A stretch of 56,460 nucleotides of DNA, filler included, from Streblomastix strix (Eukaryota), in the NCBI GenBank assembly GCA_008636045.1. It is 3 parts of 3 records of this genome, joined end to end, with 100 filler letters (N's around TTAATTAATTAA, not from the genome) between each part and the next. Parts side by side here need not be neighbours in the genome. Positions count along the whole stretch, not along the records: positions 37,746 to 56,460 come from SNRW01000585.1; 2 more parts are not named here. One strand, written 5' to 3'. This document shows positions 40,766 to 55,200 of the stretch, piece after piece. Both the position numbers and the translations under genes were made by a program. How positions within the stretch are numbered: position 1 is the first letter of the stretch; each line of letters begins with the position of its first letter. The notes under the pieces were generated by a model. That model was not told where the DNA came from and did not search any database. It was given only the letters and a program-made list of their open reading frames with translations.

Positions 40766-42933
40766 AGAACAATCTTCACTTTGATGGAATAAATTGAAAA
40801 TGACTTTTAATGGGAATGCAAATAAGGAATGAATGAAATTGGTATATGGGAACGTTTAATCCCTCGTCCATCTGAAGGCGGTTTATGTTGCTTTCCACAA
40901 AAAATAGATTTTGGTACAGTTCCAGTTCACAGTATCTTCTATACTACTATTGTAATTGCAATGAGACGGGGAACAAACGAGAATGATCATATCACAATAG
41001 TACCTGGATCACATAGATTGGTAACTTTAGGAAAAGTTTGATTTAATTCTCCAATTTCTTTCCGCTTTCCCCATTTTTATGATAATTTCTAACAATTTCA
41101 GCCTTATTTAGATAAATTGATATTATTACGAGTGTACCTAGAAGCTCGAAAGTAAAATAAAATTAGTTCGGCTTTATATTTGCATTCTAAAAAGTTAACG
41201 ATTTTAGTACCAATATTAGGAGGTTGTATTATTTTTTCAAATTATTCTTATTTTTATGCCATTTTGTTATATAGAAGTTACTAGTTGATCAAAATATGAG
41301 AGATTAAATAGATCACAAAGCAAGAATTGTATGATTTATTTTTCAATGAAATAATTTTTATTTATTGCTTCTGCATTTTTTTCTTTTATTTCATTTAATA
41401 TGAATAGATTTATACAAGTTATTTGAACATAAATAATGCATTGTAGAGAATCTATCATAAGCAAAATCATCAAAGACTTCTCATTCATCACATTTTTCTC
41501 CAATTTAAAAATTACCCAAATTTTCATCAAGAGATATAATTAATGTATAATTTGATCTTTCTTAGTCAATTTCTCTTATTCCACCACCAGAGGGATTTTA
41601 TATGAGAGATAGTTATAGGACGAAAATTATTGAAAGATAGAAAGAATAAAACAAAGATAAAGAAAAATTGGATAAAAGAATTGAATAAATATTGACTGAG
41701 ATGAATATTGAGATAAAAGACAATCCATTTAAAGAGAACCAAGAAATTAAGAAAACTTTGGAGAAAGATTCATTAGATTTAATTAATATTAAAAATTTGA
41801 GAATCGAAAGAATTTATTTAGATGATTAATAATAAGAATTACTAACTGATATTAAACCTAAAGAAGAAGATGAAACACAATCAGAAATTCTGATTTAGAA
41901 AGAATAAAATTTTAATTCAAATGAAGAAAATGATATAATTTTAGATAAAGCTGATATGAAACTTAGTTTAATAGAAGATTAATTAGATATTGTTCAAAAT
42001 TCTGAAACAGATAGATATTATATGGCTAGAAGAAGTGAAAAATTTTTGAAAGGAACACTGCTATAGAATGAAAAGAATACTACAGATTTTGAATAACTGA
42101 ATGAAGTTGATGATGAACATATTAATTCAACTGATGATAAGTAATTGTTAATAAATAAATATGTTGCTAATTTTAGAAAGAGGCAAAGTAGCAGGAATTA
42201 ATAAACAGGGAAGATTCATCCATAAAATTCAAAAGAAACAAATTTTGGGAAAATTTATGCATCAATTCATAGATCTATAACTCCATAAAATTATCTGAGA
42301 AATATCAATAGAAATTAAATATTATCAACTCATTAATCACCTTTAACTTATTAAAATTAAAAATCTTTATAATCTTCTTCGTCATTCAATAGATCAACAT
42401 TTGCATCTTAAACTGATAGTGGCAAAGCTGTTAATATTTCATAGATGTATTTAATGGAAAGAGAATCATTTAATAAAAATGAGAATGAACGATTTTTAAT
42501 AATTGAAAAAGAAAAATAAAGAAAATAATAAGAATTAGAGATAACTATGAACTATTTATTTGAAAATAAATTGGCAATAGAGATTGAACAATAATAAAAG
42601 AAAGAAATAGAAATATTTCATGTTGCTCCACCAATATAATACAATATGATATCTCGTGACAAATGGGATAAATTGAAAGGAATCAAATGGTATAATAAAT
42701 TAAAAGAATATTTATCTTCTGAAGAAAATGGAGGAGGATGTCTTTCAAGGAACGATGAAGACGAACAAGGATTTGAAAAAGATAATTAGATGCAATAAGG
42801 TGAATGTCCAAAGAAATATCTTGTTTATATCCCACCTCCAATTCCCGAACCAGATTTTAATAGTGAAGATGAAGGTGATGATTATTCTGAAATTTCTTCC
42901 ATTCCTTCACTCAATTCAATTGAATTTGAATGA
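40766..42933 (+). CDS. Protein with an N-terminal ASH/MSP-like Ig domain and a long charged C-terminal region (5' end uncertain)
   Basis: CFPQKIDFGTVPVHSIFYTTIVI...ILVPILGEV pattern. The long last exon runs 41408-42933. Exon 41275-41328 carries an in-frame TGA in the simplest gene model. Confidence 0.55.
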
Positions 42934-43287
42934 TTATTTTAATTTATTAAAAATTATCAATGTAATAAATATATATTAATTCAATAACCTCTTTTATTCT
43001 TTTCAATGAATATTACTTCATAAAAAACAAAATATTATTATTAACCATAATAAGATAGAAATACAAATGATATGATAAATTTCTTATTTCATAAAAAAAT
43101 AAAAATTAAGACGTAAATTTGAAAAAGAAATTTAATTGGTTAGTAAAGAGAAATTTATATTACAAAGATATACAAATATTAAAATATAAATAATTTGATA
43201 ATAAAACACAGACCATTAAATATGCAATAATTATATAAGTTATAAACATAAATCATTTAATTCAAAAACAATACTCTTCATCAATCA

Positions 43288-46200
43288 TCATGTGATTCTT
43301 CTGCAAATCTTCTTTGCTTTTCTGGATAAATCGTTATTTGAATGGAAAGATAATTTATCCATTTCATCAATAGCTCCTTCATCTTCAAGATATTCAACAC
43401 AAGCCGCTGAAAGCTCATGCGGTTTTCTCAATTATTTCTACGCTCTCATTTTAGACAATCTTCTCAATATATTGTACAGTGCTATTATATTCTTTCTCAA
43501 CCCATTTGTATACTCTTCATCTGCAAATGCTGCAATCATGGCTGTTATTATAGTTCCATCAGTCCTTCTCTCAATTTGTACAACAATTCTCCTCACTCTC
43601 CTGATTCTTCTTCTTCTCACATGTCTTTCTCTCTTTTAGACAATATGATCTCTTCTTATCTTCATACTTACACGGTGCATAGCTTCTTCTTTTATTACTC
43701 TTTCCTTCTCCAATTATTTTGCTAATTATCTCTGTTACTTTCTCTCAAACTTCTTCCATAACCTTCTTTATTTCTCTTTATCTCTATCTCTTTCTCTTCC
43801 TTAAAATGGCTTCATCCATTTCTTTTCTATCCCAACTTCTTTATAATCTGAGTATGATCGGACTTTTGGTAAAGTTGAAGAATCACTTTATGAAGAAGTA
43901 TGCTATGAAGATGATGATGAATATTGAGATGATGAATATGAATGTGACTAATAATAGGATATTTCTGTGTTTCCTTCTGTATCCAAACAATATGTATCAT
44001 GACTACCCAATGAATTTGAAGAGAGAGATTCAGTTGATGAAGAAGTTGATGTTGTTGTTGTTTCATCGTCCATATCTTCATTTTAAGCCAATTCAGGAAC
44101 ATTATAATCTTAATCATGCATTTCATCACTAATATTGATTTCAGTTGAACTTGTATAAGATGAAATAAATTAGGATACTGATTTAACTTTCTTATTTTAT
44201 ATTTTTCTTCTATGATTATATCTAGAGTGACTTCTAGAATTGGAATAAAATTTTGAATCTGACATTGAATGAGAATGATTTTTACTATATTCATCTTCAA
44301 ATTGAGAATCAGTAATTGATTATTCTGAATGTTTTGAATAGATTTGATTTTACTTTTTTCTTAATTCTGAAATCGTTGAAAATAAAGATTGTGAAGAAGA
44401 AGATTATTATGAATGAGAATAAGATTACGAATGCGAATGAGTATGCGAATGTGATGATTTATGCGATTCAGATCTTTATATTTATTTGACTTGTTATAAA
44501 TCAGCTGTTTTTGATCTGTGAGTTGGATAATTATCAATAATTGGAGATAAAAGGAAAAGACTTTGTTAATTTGGTTATTGTGTTTACTAAAGTTTATTAT
44601 CTTTGTTATCTTATTCATTGATATTATTTTAAGTTTCAAATGCATTAAATTATTTATCATATTTCTATATTTTATTATTAATGTTTTGTATTTTATCCTT
44701 TTCTTTTTACTTTTTCATTTCTTTTTTCAATTTTCTTTATTATTCTTTTTCTTTCTTTTTTAGTTTCTTTTTCTCTTTTTCCATCTCTATATTTTTCTCT
44801 TTTTGATTTTCATTATTGTTATCTTCATTCTTCATTTTCTATTTCTTCTCCTCTTCCTTATCAACTCTTTTGTCATCTACATTTTCATATTGTTTCTTAT
44901 TTATATTCTCCTTTTCTTAATCTTTTTCTTTTTCTTTTTCTTTCTCTTTTCTTTTCTTTTTATTTTTAATTTTCTCATGCTCTTTCTTATCGACCTTTTC
45001 TTTCTCTTTTTCTGAATCATTATCTTTTATTTTATTATCTTTTTCTTTTTCTTTCATTTTATGTCCATTTCTTTTTTTATGATCATTTTCTTTCACTTTT
45101 TCTTTACGATTTTCAATCTCTTTTTCTTCAATCTTATCTTTATTCTTTTCAATTTCTTTCAATTTTTCTTTTTCTAAGTGTTTCTTTTTATATTTTTCTT
45201 TCTCTTTCTCTTTATCTTTTCTCTCTTCTTTCTTTAATTTTTCATCTTTTTCTTATTTATTCAATTTATTATCAAGCATTTTATCGTTAAATAATGTTTG
45301 AGGAGTTTATTCTAATTATTTGCTATCTTCGTTTTTTTACTATATTTCTTTCATTTCTTTATAATCTTTCAATTATTTTTCTTGCAATTATATTTATTAA
45401 TTGAGAAGATGAGATGATTATAATGGTGAAGTTGACAAAATTGAGTGATAAATAGGTTATAAAGTAAAAGGAGATAATGAAGAAGAAAAAGAACCAGAAA
45501 ATGCATTCTATGCTGGTTACATATTATGGTTAAGTTATTATTATTAACCTTATTTTAATGCTTGGTTTGCTTAAAAAAATACATTCATATTATTATTAAC
45601 ATTGCTGTTTATATTATTACTATTATTTGGTAGCATTTAAATATTTGATTGTGATGGAAGAGAAGAAGGAATAAAATTTTATTATAATATTGATGAATGA
45701 ATTGAAGATTGAGGAGATTAAAGTGGAGAATGCAAAGGATAAGATGGAGAGGAGAAATTGTTATTAATGGGAGAAGGTGATAATGACGGTTATTAATTAG
45801 TTATTGCGGGAAGTATAGGTGAGTAAAAAGCAGGAAATGAAGGAGATTATTTAAATTACACACCAAATGGAGAAGATGATGATTTAATTATGCCACTGAT
45901 ATTATTATTCACAGTATTTTCATTGTTGGGTGATAATAGTGGAGTTATTTAATGTGAAGATGTTTGAGATTCTGATTGCGACTATAAGTGTATAAATGGA
46001 ATCGAGGGAGTTTTTTACAAAGTTTAATCTTTTGAAATATATTTGTCTTATTAAACTTCCTATTTTATTTATTTATCTTGATTTTCTTCTAATTCCATTT
46101 GGTCATCATCTACATCAGCTTCTTGAAATATTATTGGAGAAATATTTCCTTTCTTAAGAATCATAGCTGAAGCAGAAGCTGGTGGTTCAGATTTCTTTTA

Positions 46201-49200
46201 TTTATTAGTTTTAATTAATCTATTTTTAATTTTATCACTCAATTTAATATTTGAAATTGAATTCTTCTTTTCTTTCTAACTACTTTTGGAATATTAGTCA
46301 ATTTGATCAACATAAGGTATATTAAAATCTGTTAATTTCTTTCCTTTTTAAATTTCGTCTTCATGTTCTGCAGCCACTTCTGCGGCTTCAACAGACCATA
46401 ATTAATTGTCGACCAATTCCCAAGGAACAATATTATTAGACCAATTGCTGTGCCAATTAGTATTTGGTTAATTAGTGGATTGTTGATTTTAGGCATTTTA
46501 TTTAATATTATGTGCTATTAAGTTATAATTAATGATATTATACTCATTAGAAAGAGAAGCTTGAGAGGAAGTGGGAGAAGAAGCAGATTTTCCAGATGCG
46601 GGTAATAATTTATAAGTACTTTTGAAATTACTATTATTGTTACTCTCTGTTTTTAATGCATTTGAATTTGACTATTATTATACAACCTTTTATTGTATTT
46701 ATTATTATTATTATTAAGGAGTTGTTTGCGTCTTAATAAAGTTCATATTTTATTAACCTTATTTTTATTACTGTTATTATGATTATTATGATTATTATGA
46801 CTATTATTATAAATTATTATTTTTAAGTAACCTAAATTCCCCTTATTTTATATTACTATCAATATTAATATTATTAGAAGAAGAGTGTTACTGTGAATAA
46901 GATGATGGTTAAGAGAACTGCGAAGGATGGGATATGGATGATGGAGATGGAGATAATGTCTATGAAATTGGTTTGATCTGATTATTGTTTTATTATATTA
47001 GTTACTGGGAAGGATAAGGAGGAGGAGTTTGTTGATGAAGTGAGAAAGGAGTCGATGAACTGATTGGATTGGAGATATTATGAGACATTGAAAAGGGAGA
47101 AGACTGTTATTATTGCGAATGAGTAGATAAGGATGATTGTTATTTGAGCTGAAGAATCCGCTGTGATTATGGAGAATTGCCTAGTGAAGATGAGTGCACG
47201 AAGAATAGATTCTATTGTTAATACTGCTGTGGTTAGATCTATTTAATTTAAACTTATTAGTATTGTTATTATTATATATTTGTTTTCTACTGATTCTCCT
47301 GACCATTTTAGAAATTAATATTCTCATTACTCAATTTGTCATTATTCTTATTATCATATATAATTTGAATAGATGATGAGCGACTATCACTTCCTTAATT
47401 TTCAGGAGTTTCTTTTGTTCGTCTTCCAGTAATAATTCTTTATAATTCATCAATGGTTCCATGTTTTGTCATATGAGTTAGAATTGAGGTTGAGAAGTTG
47501 ACTAAACGACGACGCATATTTAATTCTTAATTTTTTGATGATTAGCGCTATTTGAGTAGCTCTGCAATACGTGTGACTAATATTGTCGATGAAGAATATT
47601 CCTATTCTAATTAAATTTTACTGTTAAAATTTATATTTGTCTTCTTTTTATTATTTTATTAATCCTTTTCTTTCTCTTACTATTCTTTTTCAATTTCTCT
47701 TTCTAATTTAGCATTCTATTTAATTTCATTAATTTGTCTAAAACTGAAGAAACAAGTGTAATGTTGGATATAATAAGATGTATGTATATATTCATTGCTA
47801 TTATCTATTTATTTGCTATTAATATTTTACTGCGCTGATTAGAATAGGGTTTGTGATGAAGAGGGTTGATATGCTTATGCTGATAATTATAAAATAAGTA
47901 GTTCAACTTCATAGGGATTTACAAATTTCAACAATTAAAACAAATTAACAAATGAAATATTTTACTATTTTCTGCAAATTTTTAGTGTTAAATCTTGGTT
48001 TTTTACATATTTACTCAATTAATGACCAATTTATACTTATTTATTTTCTTAATTTTAAGGTTTATTATTAATATATTCTTCATCTTCATTATATTCACTA
48101 TAACTGTCAATATCATTAATATCTATTTAATTTCTCATTTCAATATAATTTTCATTTTTCTTCTCCTCTGATTAGTTTTATTCATTTTTCTCTATCAATC
48201 TTTAATATTGTTTTTATAATTCAATATTTTTCTGTCTTTTCAAATAATTTCTTCCTCTAAAAAGCAAACATCGAGTCAAAGGAGGAACAATATACAAATA
48301 AGGTTGGAAGAACGAGAAAGTGAATTTTGTTAGTTTTGTGAAGAGTCCAGGAATTGAGAGAACATGACCCATTGCAGAAGCATTGTCTCTGCATAATTCA
48401 TTTAATAAAGATAATTGAGAAAGAATTAGGGAATATAAAGGTCTAATATATAATACAGAGAAGGAAGATGATTGAATACAGAGTTCTGAAGGTTATGAAG
48501 AAAGAAAAGATGATTATTGTGAATATGAAGGAAATATGTAAGATTAAGGAGATAAAGAATGTATTGAAGTATCTGTACTGTTTATTTTCTAATCGTTTAT
48601 GATCTATTAGTTATTGAATATATTATATCTCATATGTGTAATTAATTTAATTGATGAAGAGGAAAGAAGAAGTGATGAAGATAGATAAGGATAAAGTGAA
48701 GGCAGTAATCTAAATTATTGTAAGTAATGAATGATTGATTAATGAATATTGTTAAATTTGTTGGAAAATATGTCATTTAATTAATCAGAGTGATGTTAAA
48801 TAAGAGTTTGATTAAAGTGAGATGATGGAGATGAAGAAGATGAAGATTGAGAAGATCTGGAAGATAACGAAAGTGAATGATTTGACTATGATTATTATAC
48901 CTATTAAGTATTATATTATGATTCATATTATTATTCTTAAGATTATTAAAGTTATGATTAGTTTGTTGTTTATTTGTTTACAAGATTAGGCGTTAATTAT
49001 AAGAGAGAAACTGGTGAAGATGGAATTGATGCAAGTGAAGTTTATTATTATTATGATTATTATGATGAAGATAATGATATTGATTATTTTGATGTTGAAA
49101 GTTAAGGAAAAGTTAATAAATTAGAAGTAAATAGTTAATTCTATTAATCAGACTCAGCACTTAAATCATTTTAAACTCCAATTTCATTATTTTTTCCTTA

Positions 49201-52200
49201 TAATTAATCTATATTTTCTCCAAAATTTAAATTCTTTTAATTATTAATTTATAAATTATCAATTTATTGTTATTTCAATATTTTTTCTTCGTTTTCATAA
49301 TCATCAACTTTTTCCTCACAAATATTATTTATTTCTAAAATAAATTATTTCAACTATTTTATCCATTTTTATTATTTATTATTTATATTGCTTATATTCA
49401 AAATATTTTCTAACCAGTTCATTTCCTGACTGTTATTATAATAGTAATTTTTGTCTGAAATATTTTTCCTTTCCTTGTCTTCATATTTTTTGCTATTCTT
49501 TTTTCTCATAATTTTTACAGGAATAGGCATACATCTACATAATCTATCCAATATTCTTGTTGAATTCAATAATAATATTTTATATTATATTCCGTCCTAT
49601 GATATAATCTATAATAATTATACGCCCTTTTCTACTTCTTCTAATCTTTTTCTTTATTTACGAAGTTTTATTTCTTATTTTATAGCTTATTATTACAAAG
49701 AGTTGAATATTTGATTACATAATAAAATAATCCTAGATTGTTGATGTTAATATTATTGATATTTTAATTTCTATAGATGCTTTTACTGTTTTTATTGTTG
49801 TAATAATATTTATTATTATTAAAGTTAAAGTTGATTTTATTAATTTTAATATTATTTAATAGGCTTCAATTCAGACATAAATAAAAGTGAATTAGAGAAT
49901 TAAGAAGATATGGATGGAGAAAGAAAATTATGCTAAGTGAAAGAAGGCAATGATTTATTATGAAATATTGATGTTGCAGGTTGTACTGTATGCAAAAATT
50001 ATTAGTAATGAAATAATTACTAATTATATTATTATGGAACTAATTAATGTTATTATTATTAAATAATATTGGAATGATAAGGAGAATAATATTTCTAAAA
50101 TGATGTAGAAGAATTAATATGATAATTTTATTATTATTTTTTATCTGCTTCTTGATTATTTCCAATTTCTTTTTCTTTATCAATTAATTATCTATCTTCA
50201 ACATTATATTAATCAACACTGTTAATTTGGAAACTATCAGTCTCTTCTTCATTATTGTTGTTTTAACCCATGTATTACTAGACTTAATAAGATGAAATAA
50301 ATGGGAGAATAAGATTATGCAAATCAACTTTAATTAACAATTTGCGGCGATCTGTTAAAAAATAAAATAGAATTAAAGGATAAAATTATTAATAAAGAAT
50401 AAAATAATGATTAAAAGATAATTAAAAATTAATGATTATTACCTTATCTTGCAGCTAAACAACTTAAAGCTTCAAATGTTATTGCAATTTCATTTACTCC
50501 TTCTTCATCCTCATTATTATCATCTATTTCATTAAAAGCGTTATCTTCAAGTTTATCTTAAAGAGATTATTATTTTTCATTCCTATCTTAAATACAACAA
50601 TTATACAAACTGTAATAATCTCTGCCAAATCCAGACTCATCTAAGCCATCATATATATAATAATATTACGAAAGTTAAACTAATTATTATATAGAATTGG
50701 AAGAATGATGAATATATGATGGAATATTAGTTAGAGATGTAGGGGTTACTACAAGCGAAGGAGCTTAACTTGGAGATAAAGATTTAGAATTTATGTTTTG
50801 ATTAGAAAGAAATTGTTTGTATTAATTTGTTTAATTTCTACAATTTTTATTATTCTATTTCATTTATCTCACTTTCTCTCTATCTCTCTTTCTTTATGAT
50901 AATAATTCTATTAAATGTAATACAATCCAAGCACATTATTTGTTTTCTTTTGATTCTGCTTTTTTAATTTTCTTTATTCTCTTCTTCTTTTTTATTTTGT
51001 CGATATTAATAAATTATTCATTTAAACAAAAGCATAATAATCGAGATGTAATTTCTACCAAAATATGATTATCAAATTCATTTTCATATATTATTAATTG
51101 TTACTAATTGTTATTAATTTTATTATTAATTATGTATGTGATTTGTCTATTATTTTCAGGTATATGAAATTCTTCTTCAATATTTATATCTTTCAATTAT
51201 TCATCATCAATATCATCCAAATCATCATCAATTCTTTTAATTTTACGAATCTCAAAATTTTGACTGTATTAATTAGGCAATTCTATGTTTTATGTTTCTT
51301 CTTTTCCATTTAATGTTTTTTTAAACTCTTATTATTTTTCAAAATTGTTTTCTTTTGTTAATTACTATTAATTTTACATTAATAGAGAACCTTAAAACGT
51401 TGGGATTACTAGTTCATTCAAATTTATTCTTTATTTATTAATTACTACCATTCTAGGTTTCTATAGTTATTATAAAGATTAATTATTATTAAAATAGTTT
51501 GAATTATTAACTTGATTTGTAGTATTTTATTATTAGAACTCATTCTATCTATTCATCACCATTTTCATTCTTAATTTTATTTCATTTTCCCTTTGTATTT
51601 TTTCTTCGAATTTTTCTTTCAGAATTTTCTTCATTTTCGATCTTTCTTCTTACCATTCATTAACTTATTATATAAATTTCTCTTTCATTATTTCTTTTTA
51701 TTATTATTATTTCTGAATTTCATTCATTTCATTCCTTTTCTTTTGTTATTTATGCATAATTTTATATATTTAATAAAGATATTCAGTTATTTTCAATTCA
51801 TTTTAAAATATTTTCTTGAATTGAACATTTTTCTTTTGTAGAATTCTTTAATTTAATTTACTCCTGTAAGCTATTAATTCAAGAGCTTCATAAGAATGAA
51901 TACGCAAAATAATTAAAATTGCTAAAGCTTCCTAGGTGAAATGTAATTCTACTTCATCATCTGAATCTTATATATCTGATTTGTTTTATTAAGATTCTAA
52001 TTATTATTTTTATTATTATTACTAAAATTTCAATGATTATGACGGAGATATTGGAGATGGACTTGATGTATGAGACTAGGAAGGAAAAGGAGAAGTGATG
52101 GAAGATTGAGTTGATGAAGAATTAGGAGAAGAAGAAGGGAGAGAATTAGTTTGAGATGATGCATAAGAATGTGAATGTGACTAAGTGAGTATATTAGATG

Positions 52201-55200
52201 GTGAGAGTATGTTAGATGGTGTAAGTGAATGCTATTACGATATTTATTATGATGATTATTAGGATGCATGAAACAAAGATGGAGCTGGAGAAATGGGATG
52301 AACTTATAAGGACGGATTAGTTGGCGATTGTGATTAAGGAATTGATATTTCTGATGGTGAAATAATATTAATATTGGATGAGGCATATGTATTATTATGA
52401 ATTAATTATATCTGAAATAAATCATTTTAATTGCTTTTATTATTATAATCTTTTAGTTCTATTATGTCTTATTGTTAAATTTATTGTTTTTATTATTATT
52501 ATTTTTTATCATTTTTATCATATTTTATGCTTTTTTCTGATTTTTTCTTTTTCAATTTTTTCTACTCTGATTCATTTTCTTACTTATCTTTCTTAACAAT
52601 TTCTTCCTAACTATCTTTTTTTCTCCTTTTATTAATTCCTTCTCTTTCTGTCAAAATACCAACTTCTTCTTTATTATCATGATCACTTCCATCCTCATCT
52701 TCATTTTCATTTGCTTTTTCTGTTATGTTAAGTGGTGATTGTAATATCTGTGAATTCATTTTAATACTTTAAGAGCTTTTATTATGTTTGCTGTGCATGT
52801 GAACATGATGTTAATCTTGTTTTTGTTATTGCTGATGCAAATGTTTCTTATTTTATTTCTTTTTACTTTTTTCATTATCTTTTTCTTAATCCTTTTTATT
52901 TTTTATATTATCTTCCTTATTTTAATTAACTTATTTAAGATCTTCGTCATTTTTAATTTTATTGTCATTTTTATTATTTATTTACAATAATGGTAATGGA
53001 ACTTCTTAAGATTGTAAAGTAAGTTAGATTATTGGATTTGAAGAAGGAGATTAAGAAGATAAATGATTATATTTGGATTAATTATCAATCAAATTGTTAT
53101 CATTATGATGTTCTTACTCCGCTTTAATGGAAGATAATTATGTATGAATAATTGGTTATTATTGTGACTATGGAAATAAGACTTAATTTTACTTTTCTTA
53201 CTATTATTTCATTGCAAATTAATCATTAACAGCTCTGTTTGCAAGTTCATAGAAATATGCTTAAGAAAATGGAAGTGATGGAAATGATGATTGTGATGGT
53301 GAAAGAGGAGAGTGAATTTATTGTTATTTTTATTATGAATGAACTTTAGATGCATCAGGTTATGCAAAATCTTATTATTATGAGGAAGCAGATTATTAAA
53401 TTGGATTGTGAGTATCTTGTATATGAAGTGACTACGCATGTTATGGAGGTGGAGGTGGAGGAGGAGGTGGAGGAAGAAGAGTGTCAGATAATTTCTTCAC
53501 AACTTCATCTTCTTTTATTTTGTTCATTGATCTGGGAATTCCAATCCCCAATCCTTGTTTATCTCTTCCTTTTATATTTTCTTTCTCTCTTACTCCTTAT
53601 TTCACTTGTATGTATTTTCCCTTTATCTGATTCTAACCTAAAATATCTATATTATTATTAGCTAATTCTTTCCATATATCAATGTTTTCATCTTAAGAAT
53701 CATATTCATCACTTTTATTATTGATTATTTCTTCTTCTTTCTCCTCTTCTTTTCTTAGTAATTATTATTGTACATTGTCTTCTTCATCTTCATTTTCTTT
53801 CTTGTTACTTTTATTTTCTTTATCTGATACATTTGATGTTGCTTCCGAATCAGATTATACTTATTTATCATCATTTTATGTATTATTATTCAATTTCTTC
53901 TATTTATCATCATCTTTTTTCTTTCTTAAACCTTTGTCTTTTTATTTTTTCATTCTTCTTTCTTTCTTTTCTTCTTTTCTTTTCTTTATTTCTTCTTCTT
54001 CTTCTTCTAATTAATTGTGAATTATTTATTTTTATTTCTTTTCTTCCTATTTTTTACTCTTTTTCTTCAATTATTTTAAATAATTATCATTGCTATTTTC
54101 ATTATTGTGCAAATTTTCCTTCTTTTTATTTTATTGCTTTAACCTTTAATTATTTTCTTTATCTTTCTCTTTAATATTTTCTTTCTCTTTAATCTAAATT
54201 TTTCATTCCTATATTTCCTTATCTTTATCATTATCCATTGTTAATTCTTTTAATTTTTCTTTCTATTTATGTAACGAATTAACATTTTATTTCTCTTAAT
54301 TATTTTCATTTAAAGTATTATCATTTATTCTAGAAGAATGAATATGCAATGATGATGAGTATTATTATTATTACTATTATTATTACAATTAAGAAGATTA
54401 TTGTTATTAAGTTGACAAAGGTAATGATTATTATGGAGATGTAGATAAAGGTGAAGGTTAATGATATGACTATAAATGATATTAAGTTGGAGGCGAGTAA
54501 AAAGAATGGGAAGGTGAAGAGAATGCAAAAGCAGAAGGAGGTTAAAATTAAGCACTCTAATTTAGTAAATTTAAGTTCTATATTGGAATCTTATATTATT
54601 ATCTATTAACTGAAGCAATTGATTGAGATAAAGAACGTGAGACAGATAATTAATGAGATGATGGAGATTGAGATTTCTAACGAGTCTACGAATGTGAAGA
54701 AAAAGATGAAGAAGACTGAGGAGTTGAAGATGGAGACTGTCCTGAAGATGATGATGATAATTGAAGTTATTAAAATATCTAATATTACGATTATGCAAAT
54801 GAAGGGAAAGGAATAGGATTTAGATTGATGGAGGGAGATGATGATGATGTACCAAATTAAGTGAAGAAAATGGGAGGTGAATCGTAATTGTTGTTTTAAT
54901 GAGATAATTTAATTTATTGTTATTTCTCTACTATAATCTTTTTCTTCAATTCATTCTCTTTAATCTCTTTCATTTTCATTTCTTCTTCTCTTTGCATTTA
55001 TATTATTCTTTCTCGCTCTTATTCTCTTTCGGTATAATTTCCATTATTTCTTCTCTAAAGCATATAAGCAACATTATTATCATTAATCTATTAAATAAAC
55101 GGTCTGTTTCGATTATTTTTATAATTCATTCTAAGTTATTTTTTTCTATTTTGGAAACTGTTATTATGAATATTAACTTAGGTAAAATTAATTTTATTGC

